Source of the DNA: an uncultured Candidatus Saccharibacteria bacterium
GTDB taxonomy: Bacteria > Patescibacteriota > Minisyncoccia > Phycocordibacterales > DATDWN01
DNA length: 64,000 nt
Reading direction: 5' to 3'
Assembly (NCBI GenBank): GCA_964603545.1
Contig: CAZRVD010000001.1
Span: 68,358 to 132,357, forward strand
This document shows positions 9,840-18,366 of the stretch, one piece after another. Numbering within the stretch: the first letter of the stretch is position 1; the number at the start of each line of letters is the position of its first letter. The translations under genes and the position numbers were made by a program. The notes beneath the pieces are model-generated. The model did not search any database, had not been told where the DNA came from, and saw only the letters and a list, made by a program, of their open reading frames with translations.

Positions 9840-10055
9840 ATGCGTCATACAAAAAGCCAGCGAAACCGAACAAGGTCTCACCACAGACTCTCTAAACCTG
9901 CGGTTACAATGGATAAAAACACAAATGTTCCTCACTTAAGACACAGAGCTAGTCTTCAAACTGGTCAATATAAAGGTAGAACAGTAATAGATATTACAGC
10001 AAAGCTAGAGCGTAAAAACAAGAAAGCAAAAGCCTCTAAAAAAGAAGGAAGATAA
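9840..10055 (+). CDS. rpmF: 50S ribosomal protein L32
   Basis: MRHTKSQRNRTRSHHRLSKPAVTMDKNTNVPHLRHR matches the bL32 pattern (KKSRSRRDMRRSH...HLRHH). The ORF 9828..10055 is trimmed to an internal ATG. Confidence 0.75.
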   Translation: MRHTKSQRNRTRSHHRLSKPAVTMDKNTNVPHLRHRASLQTGQYKGRTVIDITAKLERKNKKAKASKKEGR

Positions 10056-10080
10056 AAACCTCCGAAACGGAGGTTTTTAT
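10054..10080 (+). terminator. rho-independent terminator after rpmF
   Basis: AAAACCTCCG-AAAC-GGAGGTTTTTAT. Confidence 0.7.
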
Positions 10081-10136
10081 CTTAATTAAAATTTGTAAAT
10101 TTTTATAATTGTTCTATACTGTAATCAAACAGTAGT

Positions 10137-11048
10137 ATGGCAAACAGGCACCTTTCAAGATCAATAGTCTTACAATCGCTCTTTGAGTGGGATTTTAATT
10201 CCAAAAATTCTGAAGAGGCGACATCTATCTTTAATCGTGATGTACTAGAATTTGCCCCAGGTACAAATGATATGTCTTTCATGGAAGGTCTCATGAAGGG
10301 TGTTTTAGAGAAACAAAAAGATATAGATTTAATAATAGAAAAAGCTGCTCCTGACTGGCCAATAGATAAAATAAGTGTGATGGATAGAAATATCCTCCGA
10401 ATAGGCCTCTACGAACTACTTTTCTCTGAACGCTCACAAGTACCTCCAAAAGTTGCTATAAATGAAGCAATTGAACTTTCCAAAGCTTTTGGAGGAGAAA
10501 CTTCAAGTAAATTTGTAAACGGAGTTTTGGGCGCGGTGTACAAAGAACTTGGAGAGCCCGGGAAAGAAGAGACAAGTAAAAATAAAAATAATAAATCTTT
10601 TAGTGGAGCTCCTGTTGCCACAGAAAATCTTGGTGGTGCCGTTGTTTATGCAAAAGATGGGGAAGATATTTATCTAGCACTAGTTCACGATGTTTTTGGA
10701 CGTTGGACATTGTCCAAGGGTAAGATTGCTAACACACCAGAGACTGTTGGCGAAACATTAAAAGAGGGAACGGTAAGAGGGATAAAGGAAGAACTTGGTT
10801 TGGATGTAGAAATCAAAGAAAAGTTGGGTGATAACGAGTATATTGCATATCATCCAGAAAAGGGAAAGATAAAAAAGCACGTTACTTTCTTTTTGGCTGA
10901 GTCGCCATTTAACGATATTGTAAGAGAAGAGAAGGGGGGGCTAGATGATGCAAAATGGTTCAAACTTGCTGACATCCTTGATTTAAATTTTTATAACGAT
11001 ATACTACCTCTCGTGACCAAGGCGATTAACTTATTACTGAAGAAATAG
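10137..11048 (+). CDS. nusB: NusB antitermination factor fused to a C-terminal Nudix hydrolase domain
   Basis: N-terminal ~140 aa are NusB-like (SRSIVLQSLFEWDFN, LRIGLYELLF). C-terminal ~150 aa carry a Nudix-like box (GRWTLSKGKIANTPETVGETLKEGTVRGIKEELGL: E-x7-R-[G]-I-x-E-E-x-G-L). One continuous 303-aa ORF. Confidence 0.7.
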   Translation: MANRHLSRSIVLQSLFEWDFNSKNSEEATSIFNRDVLEFAPGTNDMSFMEGLMKGVLEKQKDIDLIIEKAAPDWPIDKISVMDRNILRIGLYELLFSERSQVPPKVAINEAIELSKAFGGETSSKFVNGVLGAVYKELGEPGKEETSKNKNNKSFSGAPVATENLGGAVVYAKDGEDIYLALVHDVFGRWTLSKGKIANTPETVGETLKEGTVRGIKEELGLDVEIKEKLGDNEYIAYHPEKGKIKKHVTFFLAESPFNDIVREEKGGLDDAKWFKLADILDLNFYNDILPLVTKAINLLLKK

Positions 11049-11148
11049 ATACGAATATGGGAACAAGGAAAATTACGAATATATACGAATAGAATTCATT
11101 CGCATACATTCGTAATTGTATTTGATTTCATTCGTATCTCAATCACAT
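11048..11148 (+). promoter_or_regulatory. three-level nested inverted repeat of the heptamer TACGAAT/ATTCGTA in the rnc leader
   Basis: GATACGAAT...ATTACGAAT..TACGAAT-agaattc-ATTCGCA..ATTCGTAAT...ATTCGTATC. It could fold as one ~95-nt interrupted hairpin ending 8 nt before the rnc ATG. Confidence 0.55.
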
Positions 11149-11839
11149 GCAACCAGACTTAAAAGAATTTCAAAAATCCATAGGAATTACGTTCACTGAT
11201 GCGTCACTAATCACGCAGGCTTTTGTGCATCGTTCATATATAAACGAAAACAAACAGTCGGGGCTAAGTCATAACGAAAGATTGGAGTTTTTGGGAGACG
11301 CAGTTCTAGAACTTGTTATTACAGATTTTTTATACAAAAAATATACAGACAAAGCAGAGGGTGAACTTACCGCGTACAGGTCAGCTTTGGTAAACGCAGA
11401 TACTTGCGCTGGGATAGCTACAAAACTTGGAATGGATCAGTACCTCATGCTTTCAAAAGGTGAGAGTAAAGACACTGGAAGAGCAAGACAGTATATATTA
11501 GCAAATGCACTTGAGGCTCTTATTGGTGCAATTTATTTAGACCAAGGATTAGAAAAAGCACACGAATTTATAGAAAAGAATTTTACTCCAATGATTGAAA
11601 AAATTATTTTGGAAGGAAGTCATGTAGACAGCAAGAGTTTGTTTCAGGAAAAAGCACAAGAATTTGATGGTATCACTCCAGCCTACAAAACAATAAAAGA
11701 GTCAGGCCCAGATCATGAGAAAAAATTTACAGTTGGTGTTTATCTTGGCAAAGAGCTGGTTGCGACTGGTGAGGGGGAGTCAAAACAAGATGCAGAGCAA
11801 GAGGCGGCGGAGGAAGCACTATCTAAACGAGGTTGGTAG
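11147..11839 (+). CDS. rnc: ribonuclease III
   Basis: RNase III signature NERLEFLGDAVLELVI. C-terminal dsRBD. 230 aa. Confidence 0.9.
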   Translation: MQPDLKEFQKSIGITFTDASLITQAFVHRSYINENKQSGLSHNERLEFLGDAVLELVITDFLYKKYTDKAEGELTAYRSALVNADTCAGIATKLGMDQYLMLSKGESKDTGRARQYILANALEALIGAIYLDQGLEKAHEFIEKNFTPMIEKIILEGSHVDSKSLFQEKAQEFDGITPAYKTIKESGPDHEKKFTVGVYLGKELVATGEGESKQDAEQEAAEEALSKRGW

Positions 11840-11846
11840 GTGGCTT

Positions 11847-11957
11847 TCAAATTTGGCGAACTTCTCGTTCCCAAATTAAAAATACTCATCACCTTACTAC
11901 TTGTAAGGCTCTTCGTCTTTTTAATTTCTCTCGTCGGATTTCACTCAAATTTGAAAG
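11847..11957 (+). repeat. intergenic long-hairpin repeat family 1, copy 1 (after rnc)
   Basis: Terminal CAAATTTG/CAAATTTG, an AU-rich inverted flank (AAAATTAAAAATA / TTTTTAATTT) and apical CCTTAC-TACTT-GTAAGG. Homologous to the copies at 18157, 36238, 39505 and 51402. Confidence 0.7.
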
Positions 11958-11993
11958 CCGATAAAAAACTCAATTTAAGGTGTATTTTTGTGT

Positions 11994-12023
11994 TTGACAG
12001 GCACACCTAAAGTGTGCTACAAT
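11994..12023 (+). promoter_or_regulatory. consensus sigma70-like promoter with an embedded palindromic operator (high-GC cassette B)
   Basis: TTGACA(11994-11999)-N18-TACAAT(12018-12023). The spacer contains the perfect inverted repeat GCACAC-ctaaa-GTGTGC. RBS AAAGGAGGG at 12032-12040. Confidence 0.6.
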
Positions 12024-12042
12024 CGTGGTGAAAGGAGGGCTT

Positions 12043-12456
12043 ATGACTGAGGTCCAAGTGAGGGCTATTTTGGCCGGATTGTTCTTCGGGATTTGGCCGA
12101 TTGTGATGAGTTGGACGGGACTGAAAGGCAACGCCTCAGCAGCAGCGTTCAGCGGTATCACTTTTCTGATCGTGATACCCTTGGCACTGCAGGGAACGAG
12201 TTTCGCAGATTTGGCTCAGGCCAACTGGAAGTTTGCTCTGCTAGCTGGCCTTACTGGCGCATTGGGAGTGATCGCCTTCAACGGCGGTCTCGCCATTACG
12301 AACAAGTATACCGTCAGCACTTTCTTTATCACGATGATCGCAGTTCAGATCATGGTGCCGGCGGTCTACAAGGTGTTCGCGACTCGTTTCGTTACGCCCG
12401 AGCAACTCATTGGATTTACGTTGGCCATGTCGGCGACATATCTCCTGAATAAGTAA
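12043..12456 (+). CDS. small 4-TM membrane protein (EamA/DMT-like half-transporter?), high-GC
   Basis: 137 aa from the ATG at 12043 (the track ORF starts at 12025). Four hydrophobic helices. GC clearly above the backbone. The overlapping ORFs 12093..12452 and 12241..12483 are frame artefacts. Confidence 0.45.
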   Translation: MTEVQVRAILAGLFFGIWPIVMSWTGLKGNASAAAFSGITFLIVIPLALQGTSFADLAQANWKFALLAGLTGALGVIAFNGGLAITNKYTVSTFFITMIAVQIMVPAVYKVFATRFVTPEQLIGFTLAMSATYLLNK

Positions 12457-12461
12457 TTCGT

Positions 12462-12512
12462 AAGCACACTTAAAGAAAGGCACATTCGCTTTTCGAGAGT
12501 GTGCTTTTTCTG
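12462..12512 (+). terminator. hairpin terminator of cassette B that reuses the GCACAC/GTGTGC arms
   Basis: AAGCACACT...(27-nt loop)...AGTGTGCTTTTTC. Confidence 0.45.
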
Positions 12513-12543
12513 TTACAGAAAAATTGTTATACTGAAAAGTGAA

Positions 12544-14802
12544 ATGTATTTAAAAAGTATCGAATTATCTGGGTTTAAATCTTTCGCGAAAAAAAGCGAA
12601 CTCTCTTTTAATTCAAAAGTTTCTGCCATAGTTGGTCCAAACGGTTCTGGAAAGTCTAATGTTGCGGAAGCTTTTCGCTTCGTACTTGGAGAGCAGTCAA
12701 TAAAAAGTCTGCGTGGAAAAAAGGGTGAGGACCTTATCTTTAATGGCGCAGGGGATTTGCCTAGAGCAAACAGGGCGTCTGTAAAGGTAGTTTTTGACAA
12801 CACCTCTAAATTTCTACCAGTGGACTTTGAAACAGTAACAATAGAGCGTGTTGTTCATAGAGACGGGGTGAACGAATATTTAATAAATGGCTCGCAGGTA
12901 CGACTGAGGGATGTGGTAGAGCTTTTGTCGTCTGCACATATTGGCTCCTCTGGGCACCACATTATCTCTCAAGGTGAAGCAGATAGAATACTAAACTCCA
13001 GTCCAAAAGAGAGAAAAAACATGATAGAGGATGCACTTGGTCTCAAGATGTATCAGTACAAAAAAACAGAAAGTGAAAAGAAGTTAGAGAAGACGCGGGA
13101 AAATATTGGGCAGGTGGAGTCTCTAAGACGGGAGATTTTACCTCATATAAAATTTCTTAAAAAACAAGTAGAAAAAGTTGAGAGGGCAATACAAATGAAA
13201 GACGAGCTACAAAGGGAAGCATTAGAGTATTGCAAACGAGAAGACGATTATATTAAAAAGACAGAAGAGAGACTGGCAAAAGAAAAAGAACCATTGAGTC
13301 GGAAAGAAAAAGAACTTGATCACGAACTTAAAACAGCTAAATCTGTTTTGGAAAGAGCCAAAGACAAAGATGGTTTGTCAGACAGACTCATACAACTTGA
13401 AAACGATTTACATAAGACAAGAGATGAGAAAGACGAACTATTTAAAAATTTTGGTCGACTAGACGGGGAGATAAACTCTTTAGTAAAAATGGTTAGAAAG
13501 CAGGAGGAGGTTGCGAGGTCAATCGAGCACAAAACAGTCACCCTAGTTTCTGTAGAAGAACTTTCTGTCAAAATAGAAGAGAGGGTAAAAAAAGCGAGGG
13601 GTTCTCTTGATGTGAATACACTTGCATCAACTTTAGACGAAGTTTTTACTATGTTAGTAGATTTTATTGACCACAACAAAGACAAGGTAGAAATGTCACT
13701 TATCGCAGATGTACAAAGAGATATAGATAACTTACAAGTTTCCAAAAAAGAGTTAGAAGAGAAGTTAGAGAAAATAAACAAGGAAGAAAAAGAATTAACT
13801 CTGGAATATAACAAACTAAAAACAGAAATAGAAAGAGAGAAAGATTCAAACAGAGATGCAGAGAAAGCAGTATTCAGAATAATGGCAGAGTCTGGGGAGG
13901 TGAGATCTAGCCTTCACGACATTACTCTTCAAGAAGAAAACTTGAAGTTGGTAAAAGATGATTTCAAAAGGGAATTAACGGAGCTCGGAGTTTTACTTGG
14001 AGTCCATTTATTACAATTTAATAATTTTGTTATAGAAAATACAGATGAAGACAGACACACACAGGAAGAGAGGAGAAAAAGAATAGAAAAAATAAAAATC
14101 CGTTTAGAGGATTCTGGTGGTGTTGCTGGTACTGAGATTTTGAAAGAATATACAGATGCTACAGAGAGAGATTCTTTTCTTGAAAAGGAACTTTTGGATT
14201 TGCAAAATTCAGCAACTTCACTTGGTACTCTTATAACGGATTTGGATCAGAGACTTTCTTCGGAGTTTAAAACTGGAGTTGAAAAAATAAATACACAGTT
14301 TAAAGAATATTTTTCTATGATGTTTGGAGGTGGGGAAGCGAAGCTTGAAGTTACACTGCCTGTAAAGAAAAAGAAAAAAGATACAGATTTACTTTCTGAA
14401 GATGAAATTGTAGAAGAAGCAGAGTCTGAATCGCTTGAAACCTCCGATGAAGGGATAGAGATTGAGGTAAATTTGCCAAAGAAAAAAGTTAAGGGACTCA
14501 TGATGCTATCTGGTGGAGAGAGAGCGTTGACTTCTATTGCACTTCTTTTTGCAATCTCTCAGGTAAATCCTCCACCTTTTATTATCTTAGATGAAACGGA
14601 TGCGGCGCTAGACGAGGCCAATTCTAAAAAATATGCAGATATGGTTGAGAACCTTTCAAATCGTTCCCAGCTCATTGTTATTACTCACAATAGGGAGACA
14701 ATGTCTCGGGCTGGAATACTTTATGGTGTAACCATGGGCGCAGGAGGTGGCTCAAAACTACTTAGTGTTGCTTTTGAGGAAGCTCTAGCAGTAGCTAAGT
14801 AA
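12544..14802 (+). CDS. smc: SMC-family chromosome segregation ATPase (short form)
   Basis: Walker A VGPNGSGKSN at the N-terminus. Signature and Walker B LSGGERALTSIALLFAI...ILDETDAALD at the C-terminus. Long coiled coil between them. The ATG at 12544 matches the SMC N-terminus MYLKSIELSGFKSF. Confidence 0.8.
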   Translation: MYLKSIELSGFKSFAKKSELSFNSKVSAIVGPNGSGKSNVAEAFRFVLGEQSIKSLRGKKGEDLIFNGAGDLPRANRASVKVVFDNTSKFLPVDFETVTIERVVHRDGVNEYLINGSQVRLRDVVELLSSAHIGSSGHHIISQGEADRILNSSPKERKNMIEDALGLKMYQYKKTESEKKLEKTRENIGQVESLRREILPHIKFLKKQVEKVERAIQMKDELQREALEYCKREDDYIKKTEERLAKEKEPLSRKEKELDHELKTAKSVLERAKDKDGLSDRLIQLENDLHKTRDEKDELFKNFGRLDGEINSLVKMVRKQEEVARSIEHKTVTLVSVEELSVKIEERVKKARGSLDVNTLASTLDEVFTMLVDFIDHNKDKVEMSLIADVQRDIDNLQVSKKELEEKLEKINKEEKELTLEYNKLKTEIEREKDSNRDAEKAVFRIMAESGEVRSSLHDITLQEENLKLVKDDFKRELTELGVLLGVHLLQFNNFVIENTDEDRHTQEERRKRIEKIKIRLEDSGGVAGTEILKEYTDATERDSFLEKELLDLQNSATSLGTLITDLDQRLSSEFKTGVEKINTQFKEYFSMMFGGGEAKLEVTLPVKKKKKDTDLLSEDEIVEEAESESLETSDEGIEIEVNLPKKKVKGLMMLSGGERALTSIALLFAISQVNPPPFIILDETDAALDEANSKKYADMVENLSNRSQLIVITHNRETMSRAGILYGVTMGAGGGSKLLSVAFEEALAVAK

Positions 14803-14827
14803 AGATATGACTTTTTATATACGATGA

Positions 14828-14856
14828 AGGGCGGTCGCGTATTGCACGCGCCGCCC
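14828..14856. terminator. GC-rich hairpin between convergent smc and cassette C
   Basis: GGGCGGTCGCGT-attgc-ACGCGCCGCCC. Confidence 0.45.
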
Positions 14857-14873
14857 AACAAGTCCATGAGGCG

Positions 14874-15089
14874 TCACACCTTCATATAGTGCCGAAGTGG
14901 TACCGTCGGCAATGTTCCGTCGGCATTCCGACGGGGGAGCTGGTCAGGGTGCTCACCCAGGACAACCAGTTCCTGATTGGGGTCCACGTTGATGACGTAG
15001 ACTTCTCTTGGCATCATTGCGAGCCCTCTCTGTATGACTTGTTTCACCTTGTCTCCAGGGCTGACGGTCTGTCCTGTCGCTGTTCCCAT
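14874..15089 (-). CDS. hypothetical 71-aa protein, high-GC cassette C
   Basis: ATG at 15089 preceded by AGAGGAGG. GC-rich. No recognisable family (weak AbrB/MazE-like flavour). Confidence 0.4.
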   Translation of the reverse strand: MGTATGQTVSPGDKVKQVIQRGLAMMPREVYVINVDPNQELVVLGEHPDQLPRRNADGTLPTVPLRHYMKV

Positions 15090-15110
15090 CGAACACCTCC
15101 TCTGACCCAG

Positions 15111-15144
15111 AATTATACCACAATATAAAAAATAATGCAAGTCA
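15111..15144 (-). promoter_or_regulatory. promoter of cassette C (minus: TTGACTTGCAT...TGGTATAAT, extended -10)
   Basis: The reverse complement reads cTTGACTTGCATtattttttatattgTGGTATAATtctgggtcAGAGGAGG. Confidence 0.5.
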
Positions 15145-15227
15145 AGAAGGGAATAGTTGGGGATAATGAATTTTACTAAACTCATCGAGACTATATTTTT
15201 ATGGCGCATCACGGAGTTCGTGAAGAT

Positions 15228-15300
15228 ACGAGTGCGAGGAAAATTTCGAGCACGAAATTATTCCAACGACAGAAAAATATAGTTGAGTAAGAGTTTAGTA
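15228..15300. repeat. repeat family 2, partial/permuted copy (3' of rnr)
   Basis: GAGTGCGAGGAAAATT matches the 3' block of family 2. It is followed by CCAACGACAGAAAAATA..TTGAG.AAGAGTTT, which matches the 5' block. Confidence 0.4.
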
Positions 15301-15317
15301 ATCCGATAAATAAAAAA

Positions 15318-17255
15318 TCAAGAAACAATAGAGTAGTCCAGTACTCTTTTTTCCATATCTGCAGAAACTACTTTGAATTTTACTTTGTCACCAAGAGTAA
15401 ATTTTTGTCCAGTCTTCTCACCTTTGATAGTGTAATTTTTTTCATCAAGTGTATAAAAGTCATCACCTAGATCGCGGATTTTTACCATCCCTTCACACTT
15501 TGTCTCAATTTCTTCAATGTAAATGCCCCATTCAACAACACCAGTTATAGCTCCTTCGAATATTTCTCCAATGTGCTCCGTCATGTATTCAACTTGTTTG
15601 TATTTGATACTTGCTCTTTCTGCTTCGGATGCTTTTTTCTCAAGTTCAGAAGATGCCAAACAAATTCTTTCAAATTTTGTGTATTCATCAATTTCTATTT
15701 TTCCACCTTTTAGTTCGCGTTCAAGGAATCTGTGCACCAATACATCAGGGTATCTTCTGATCGGTGAAGTAAAGTGTGTGTAGTATGCAAATGCAAGAGA
15801 GAAGTGGCCAATATTTTTTGTAGAGTATGTTGCTTTAGCCATACTGCGTATAACTGCGGTGTTTATAAGGTCTTCGTTTGGAGTACCTTTCACATCCTTT
15901 AATAGTTCGTTTAAATCTCTTGAAGTCACCGAACCTTCTTTATTTTTGAGTTCAAAGCCCATAGCTTTTAAAAATACAGCTAGGTCTTGGATTCTGTCTT
16001 TATCTGGTTTTGGATGGATTCTGTATACAGATTGTTTCCCTTTCAATAAGCCCTGGTTTTGAGACATAAAAATATGTTTCGCTACCGCACGGTTGGCCAG
16101 GAGCATAAACTCTTCAACTAGTTTGTGTGTATCTAGTCTAGACTTTTTATAAACTTTTATTGGTTTACCTTTCTCATCTAGAACAAACTTTACTTCCTCT
16201 GTTTCAAAAACCATCGCACCGTTTTGTGATTTTTTCTTTTCTAATTTTTTTGCGATTTCGTTTAGTTTACGAAGCTCGACTTGGTGTGGACCGTCTTGAT
16301 TTCCAAGTATGACTTCGTTTGCGTCTTCGTATGTAAATCTTTTATTGCTATGTATGATTGTTCGGCCAAACCACTCTTCTAGGACCTCTCCACTACCAGT
16401 CATTTTAAAAATTGCAGAGAAAGTGAATTTGTCTTCGTTTGGGTTCAGAGAACAGAGGTCGTTTGAAAGTACTTCTGGAAGCATTGGTATCGTTCTGTCT
16501 ACCAGGTAAACTGATAAGCCTCTTTTTTCTGACTCTCGGTCCAAATCTGATCCAGGAGTAACAAAGTGAGACACATCTGCAATATGCACACCGATCTCAT
16601 ATTTATCGTCACCTAAGTCTTGGAATGAAATAGCGTCATCAAAGTCTTTGGCGTCAAAAGGATCTATGGTCATTGTTGTTACTCCGCGCATGTCGCGTCT
16701 GTTTTTTACTTCTTGATCGAAATTGTTTTTATATTCACTTTTTATTTTATCTGCTTCGGCTTCTACAGAGTGGGGGAATTCAATCCGAAAACCTTTTTCT
16801 AAAACGATGGACTCCATTTCTGTATTGTTTTCACCCTTTTGACCGATAACTTTCATAACTTCTCCTGTTAGTGTGTCCCAGTCAACAATTTTTACCAACA
16901 CTTTCTCTCCCACATTTACATCTGCGTCGTTGGAAAGGGAAATGTCTACATAGAGACGCTGATCATCTGGCATAACAAATTTTTTTCCATCTCTCTCTAT
17001 TATTACCCCCACAAACTCTTCTTTTGCTCTCTTTATTACTTTAACAACCCTACCTTGCTCTCGATTTTTTATCTTCTCACCAGTCAGCTCTATTTCTACT
17101 GTGTCTCCGTGTAGGGCACGATTAACGTCCTTTGGCTGTATCTCAATATTATTTTCTCTGTTCTTTTCTTCTGGATTTGGATCGAAAAAACCAACACCCT
17201 TCGTGTTTATGCTAATAGGTCCAACAAGCGAGTTTTTTTTCATAAGTAGCACCAT
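15318..17255 (-). CDS. rnr: ribonuclease R (RNB family 3'-5' exoribonuclease)
   Basis: RNB catalytic motif HFSLAFAYYTHFTSPIRRYPDVLVHR. Cold-shock/OB domain at the N-terminus and S1 at the C-terminus. 645 aa. Confidence 0.85.
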   Translation of the reverse strand: MVLLMKKNSLVGPISINTKGVGFFDPNPEEKNRENNIEIQPKDVNRALHGDTVEIELTGEKIKNREQGRVVKVIKRAKEEFVGVIIERDGKKFVMPDDQRLYVDISLSNDADVNVGEKVLVKIVDWDTLTGEVMKVIGQKGENNTEMESIVLEKGFRIEFPHSVEAEADKIKSEYKNNFDQEVKNRRDMRGVTTMTIDPFDAKDFDDAISFQDLGDDKYEIGVHIADVSHFVTPGSDLDRESEKRGLSVYLVDRTIPMLPEVLSNDLCSLNPNEDKFTFSAIFKMTGSGEVLEEWFGRTIIHSNKRFTYEDANEVILGNQDGPHQVELRKLNEIAKKLEKKKSQNGAMVFETEEVKFVLDEKGKPIKVYKKSRLDTHKLVEEFMLLANRAVAKHIFMSQNQGLLKGKQSVYRIHPKPDKDRIQDLAVFLKAMGFELKNKEGSVTSRDLNELLKDVKGTPNEDLINTAVIRSMAKATYSTKNIGHFSLAFAYYTHFTSPIRRYPDVLVHRFLERELKGGKIEIDEYTKFERICLASSELEKKASEAERASIKYKQVEYMTEHIGEIFEGAITGVVEWGIYIEEIETKCEGMVKIRDLGDDFYTLDEKNYTIKGEKTGQKFTLGDKVKFKVVSADMEKRVLDYSIVS

Positions 17256-17311
17256 ATTAACAAATATATAGTAATTTGACCATTTGGACTTGTTCTGCTA
17301 GAGTAAGTGGC

Positions 17312-17743
17312 ATGTTAAAAATTCGATTACAGAGAGTAGGAAGAAAACACGAGCCATCATTTAGGCTTGTTTTGACTGACTCAAAAAACTCTACAAAAAG
17401 TGGCAAATATCTAGAAAATCTAGGAAACTATGACGCAAGACGAGGCGAGAAGTCAGAATTCAAGGCAGATAGAATAACTTACTGGGTTTCAAAGGGAGCT
17501 CAACTTTCAGGCACAGTTCACAACTTACTAGTAGATAAGAAGGTGGTTACAGGTAAAAAAATCAACGTTCTTCCGCTTAAAAAAGCTATAGTAAAAGAAG
17601 CTCCTGCAGAAGCTCCAGCTCCGGCTCCTGCAGAAACTCCAATAGCAGAAGCACCAGCTACTATAGAAGAACCAGCTCCAGTTGATGTGATTGTGGAACC
17701 AGCCCCCGCTCCGGCTCCTGCCGAAGAAACTCCTATAGCCTAA
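17312..17743 (+). CDS. rpsP: 30S ribosomal protein S16 with a Pro/Ala-rich C-terminal extension
   Basis: MLKIRLQRVGRKHEPSFRLV is the bS16 N-terminus. The C-terminal ~50 aa are APAEAPAPAPAE low complexity. Confidence 0.85.
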   Translation: MLKIRLQRVGRKHEPSFRLVLTDSKNSTKSGKYLENLGNYDARRGEKSEFKADRITYWVSKGAQLSGTVHNLLVDKKVVTGKKINVLPLKKAIVKEAPAEAPAPAPAETPIAEAPATIEEPAPVDVIVEPAPAPAPAEETPIA

Positions 17744-17838
17744 ACTAACTAATAAGTTTGTTGACTAAGGTCTATTTTGTTAATAAAATATACAGAGTAA
17801 CCGTGCGTAAAAAGAATTACAATTAACTGATTGAAACT

Positions 17839-18153
17839 ATGGAAACTGATGTAAAATTTTTGGAATTTGTTGTAAAGGCACTAGTTGAAAATCCTGATGA
17901 TGTAAAAATAAATAGAACAGTGGATGAAATGGGAGTTCTTATGACGCTTGATGTACACAAAGACGATATGGGTAAAATAATTGGCCGTGAAGGAAACACA
18001 GCAAAAGCAATAAGAACACTACTTAGAGTTGTAGGGATGAAAAACAATGCAAGAGTTAATCTAAAAATTAACGAACCAGCAGGGGTTATGGGAGAGGTGA
18101 AGACTAGCTCGACCAAATCTCTAGACGATGCCATGAACGATTTGAAGTTATAA
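17839..18153 (+). CDS. KH-domain RNA-binding protein (YlqC/UPF0109 family)
   Basis: KH signature VIGREGNTAKAIRTLL. Sits in the position between rpsP and trmD that is typical of the family. Confidence 0.75.
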   Translation: METDVKFLEFVVKALVENPDDVKINRTVDEMGVLMTLDVHKDDMGKIIGREGNTAKAIRTLLRVVGMKNNARVNLKINEPAGVMGEVKTSSTKSLDDAMNDLKL

Positions 18154-18156
18154 CTT

Positions 18157-18269
18157 CCAAATCTGGCGAACTCCTAGTCTCAAATTTAAAAATATTCGGC
18201 ACCTTACTACCTGTAAGGCTTCTCACATTTTCAAATTCTCAACGTCGGATTTCATCCAGATTGTGAAAG
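18157..18269 (+). repeat. long-hairpin repeat family 1, copy 2 (after the KH gene)
   Basis: 5' CCAAATCTGG, 3' CCAGATTGTG (compensatory to the 5' end), apical CCTTAC-TACCT-GTAAGG. Confidence 0.7.
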
Positions 18270-18366
18270 TTCTAATATTTAAATCCCTAAAACGCTAATT
18301 TTATATACTGCATCTTACATAAAAGGTTTCCTTGATAAAGGATGCTTTTTATGTTATAAATACGAA

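Noticed and set aside
12093-12483. ORFs 12093..12452 (+) and 12241..12483 (-) overlapping the cassette B membrane gene
   Set aside because: Alternative frames of the same GC-rich gene. Only the 12043 frame gives hydrophobic helices and has a promoter and RBS.
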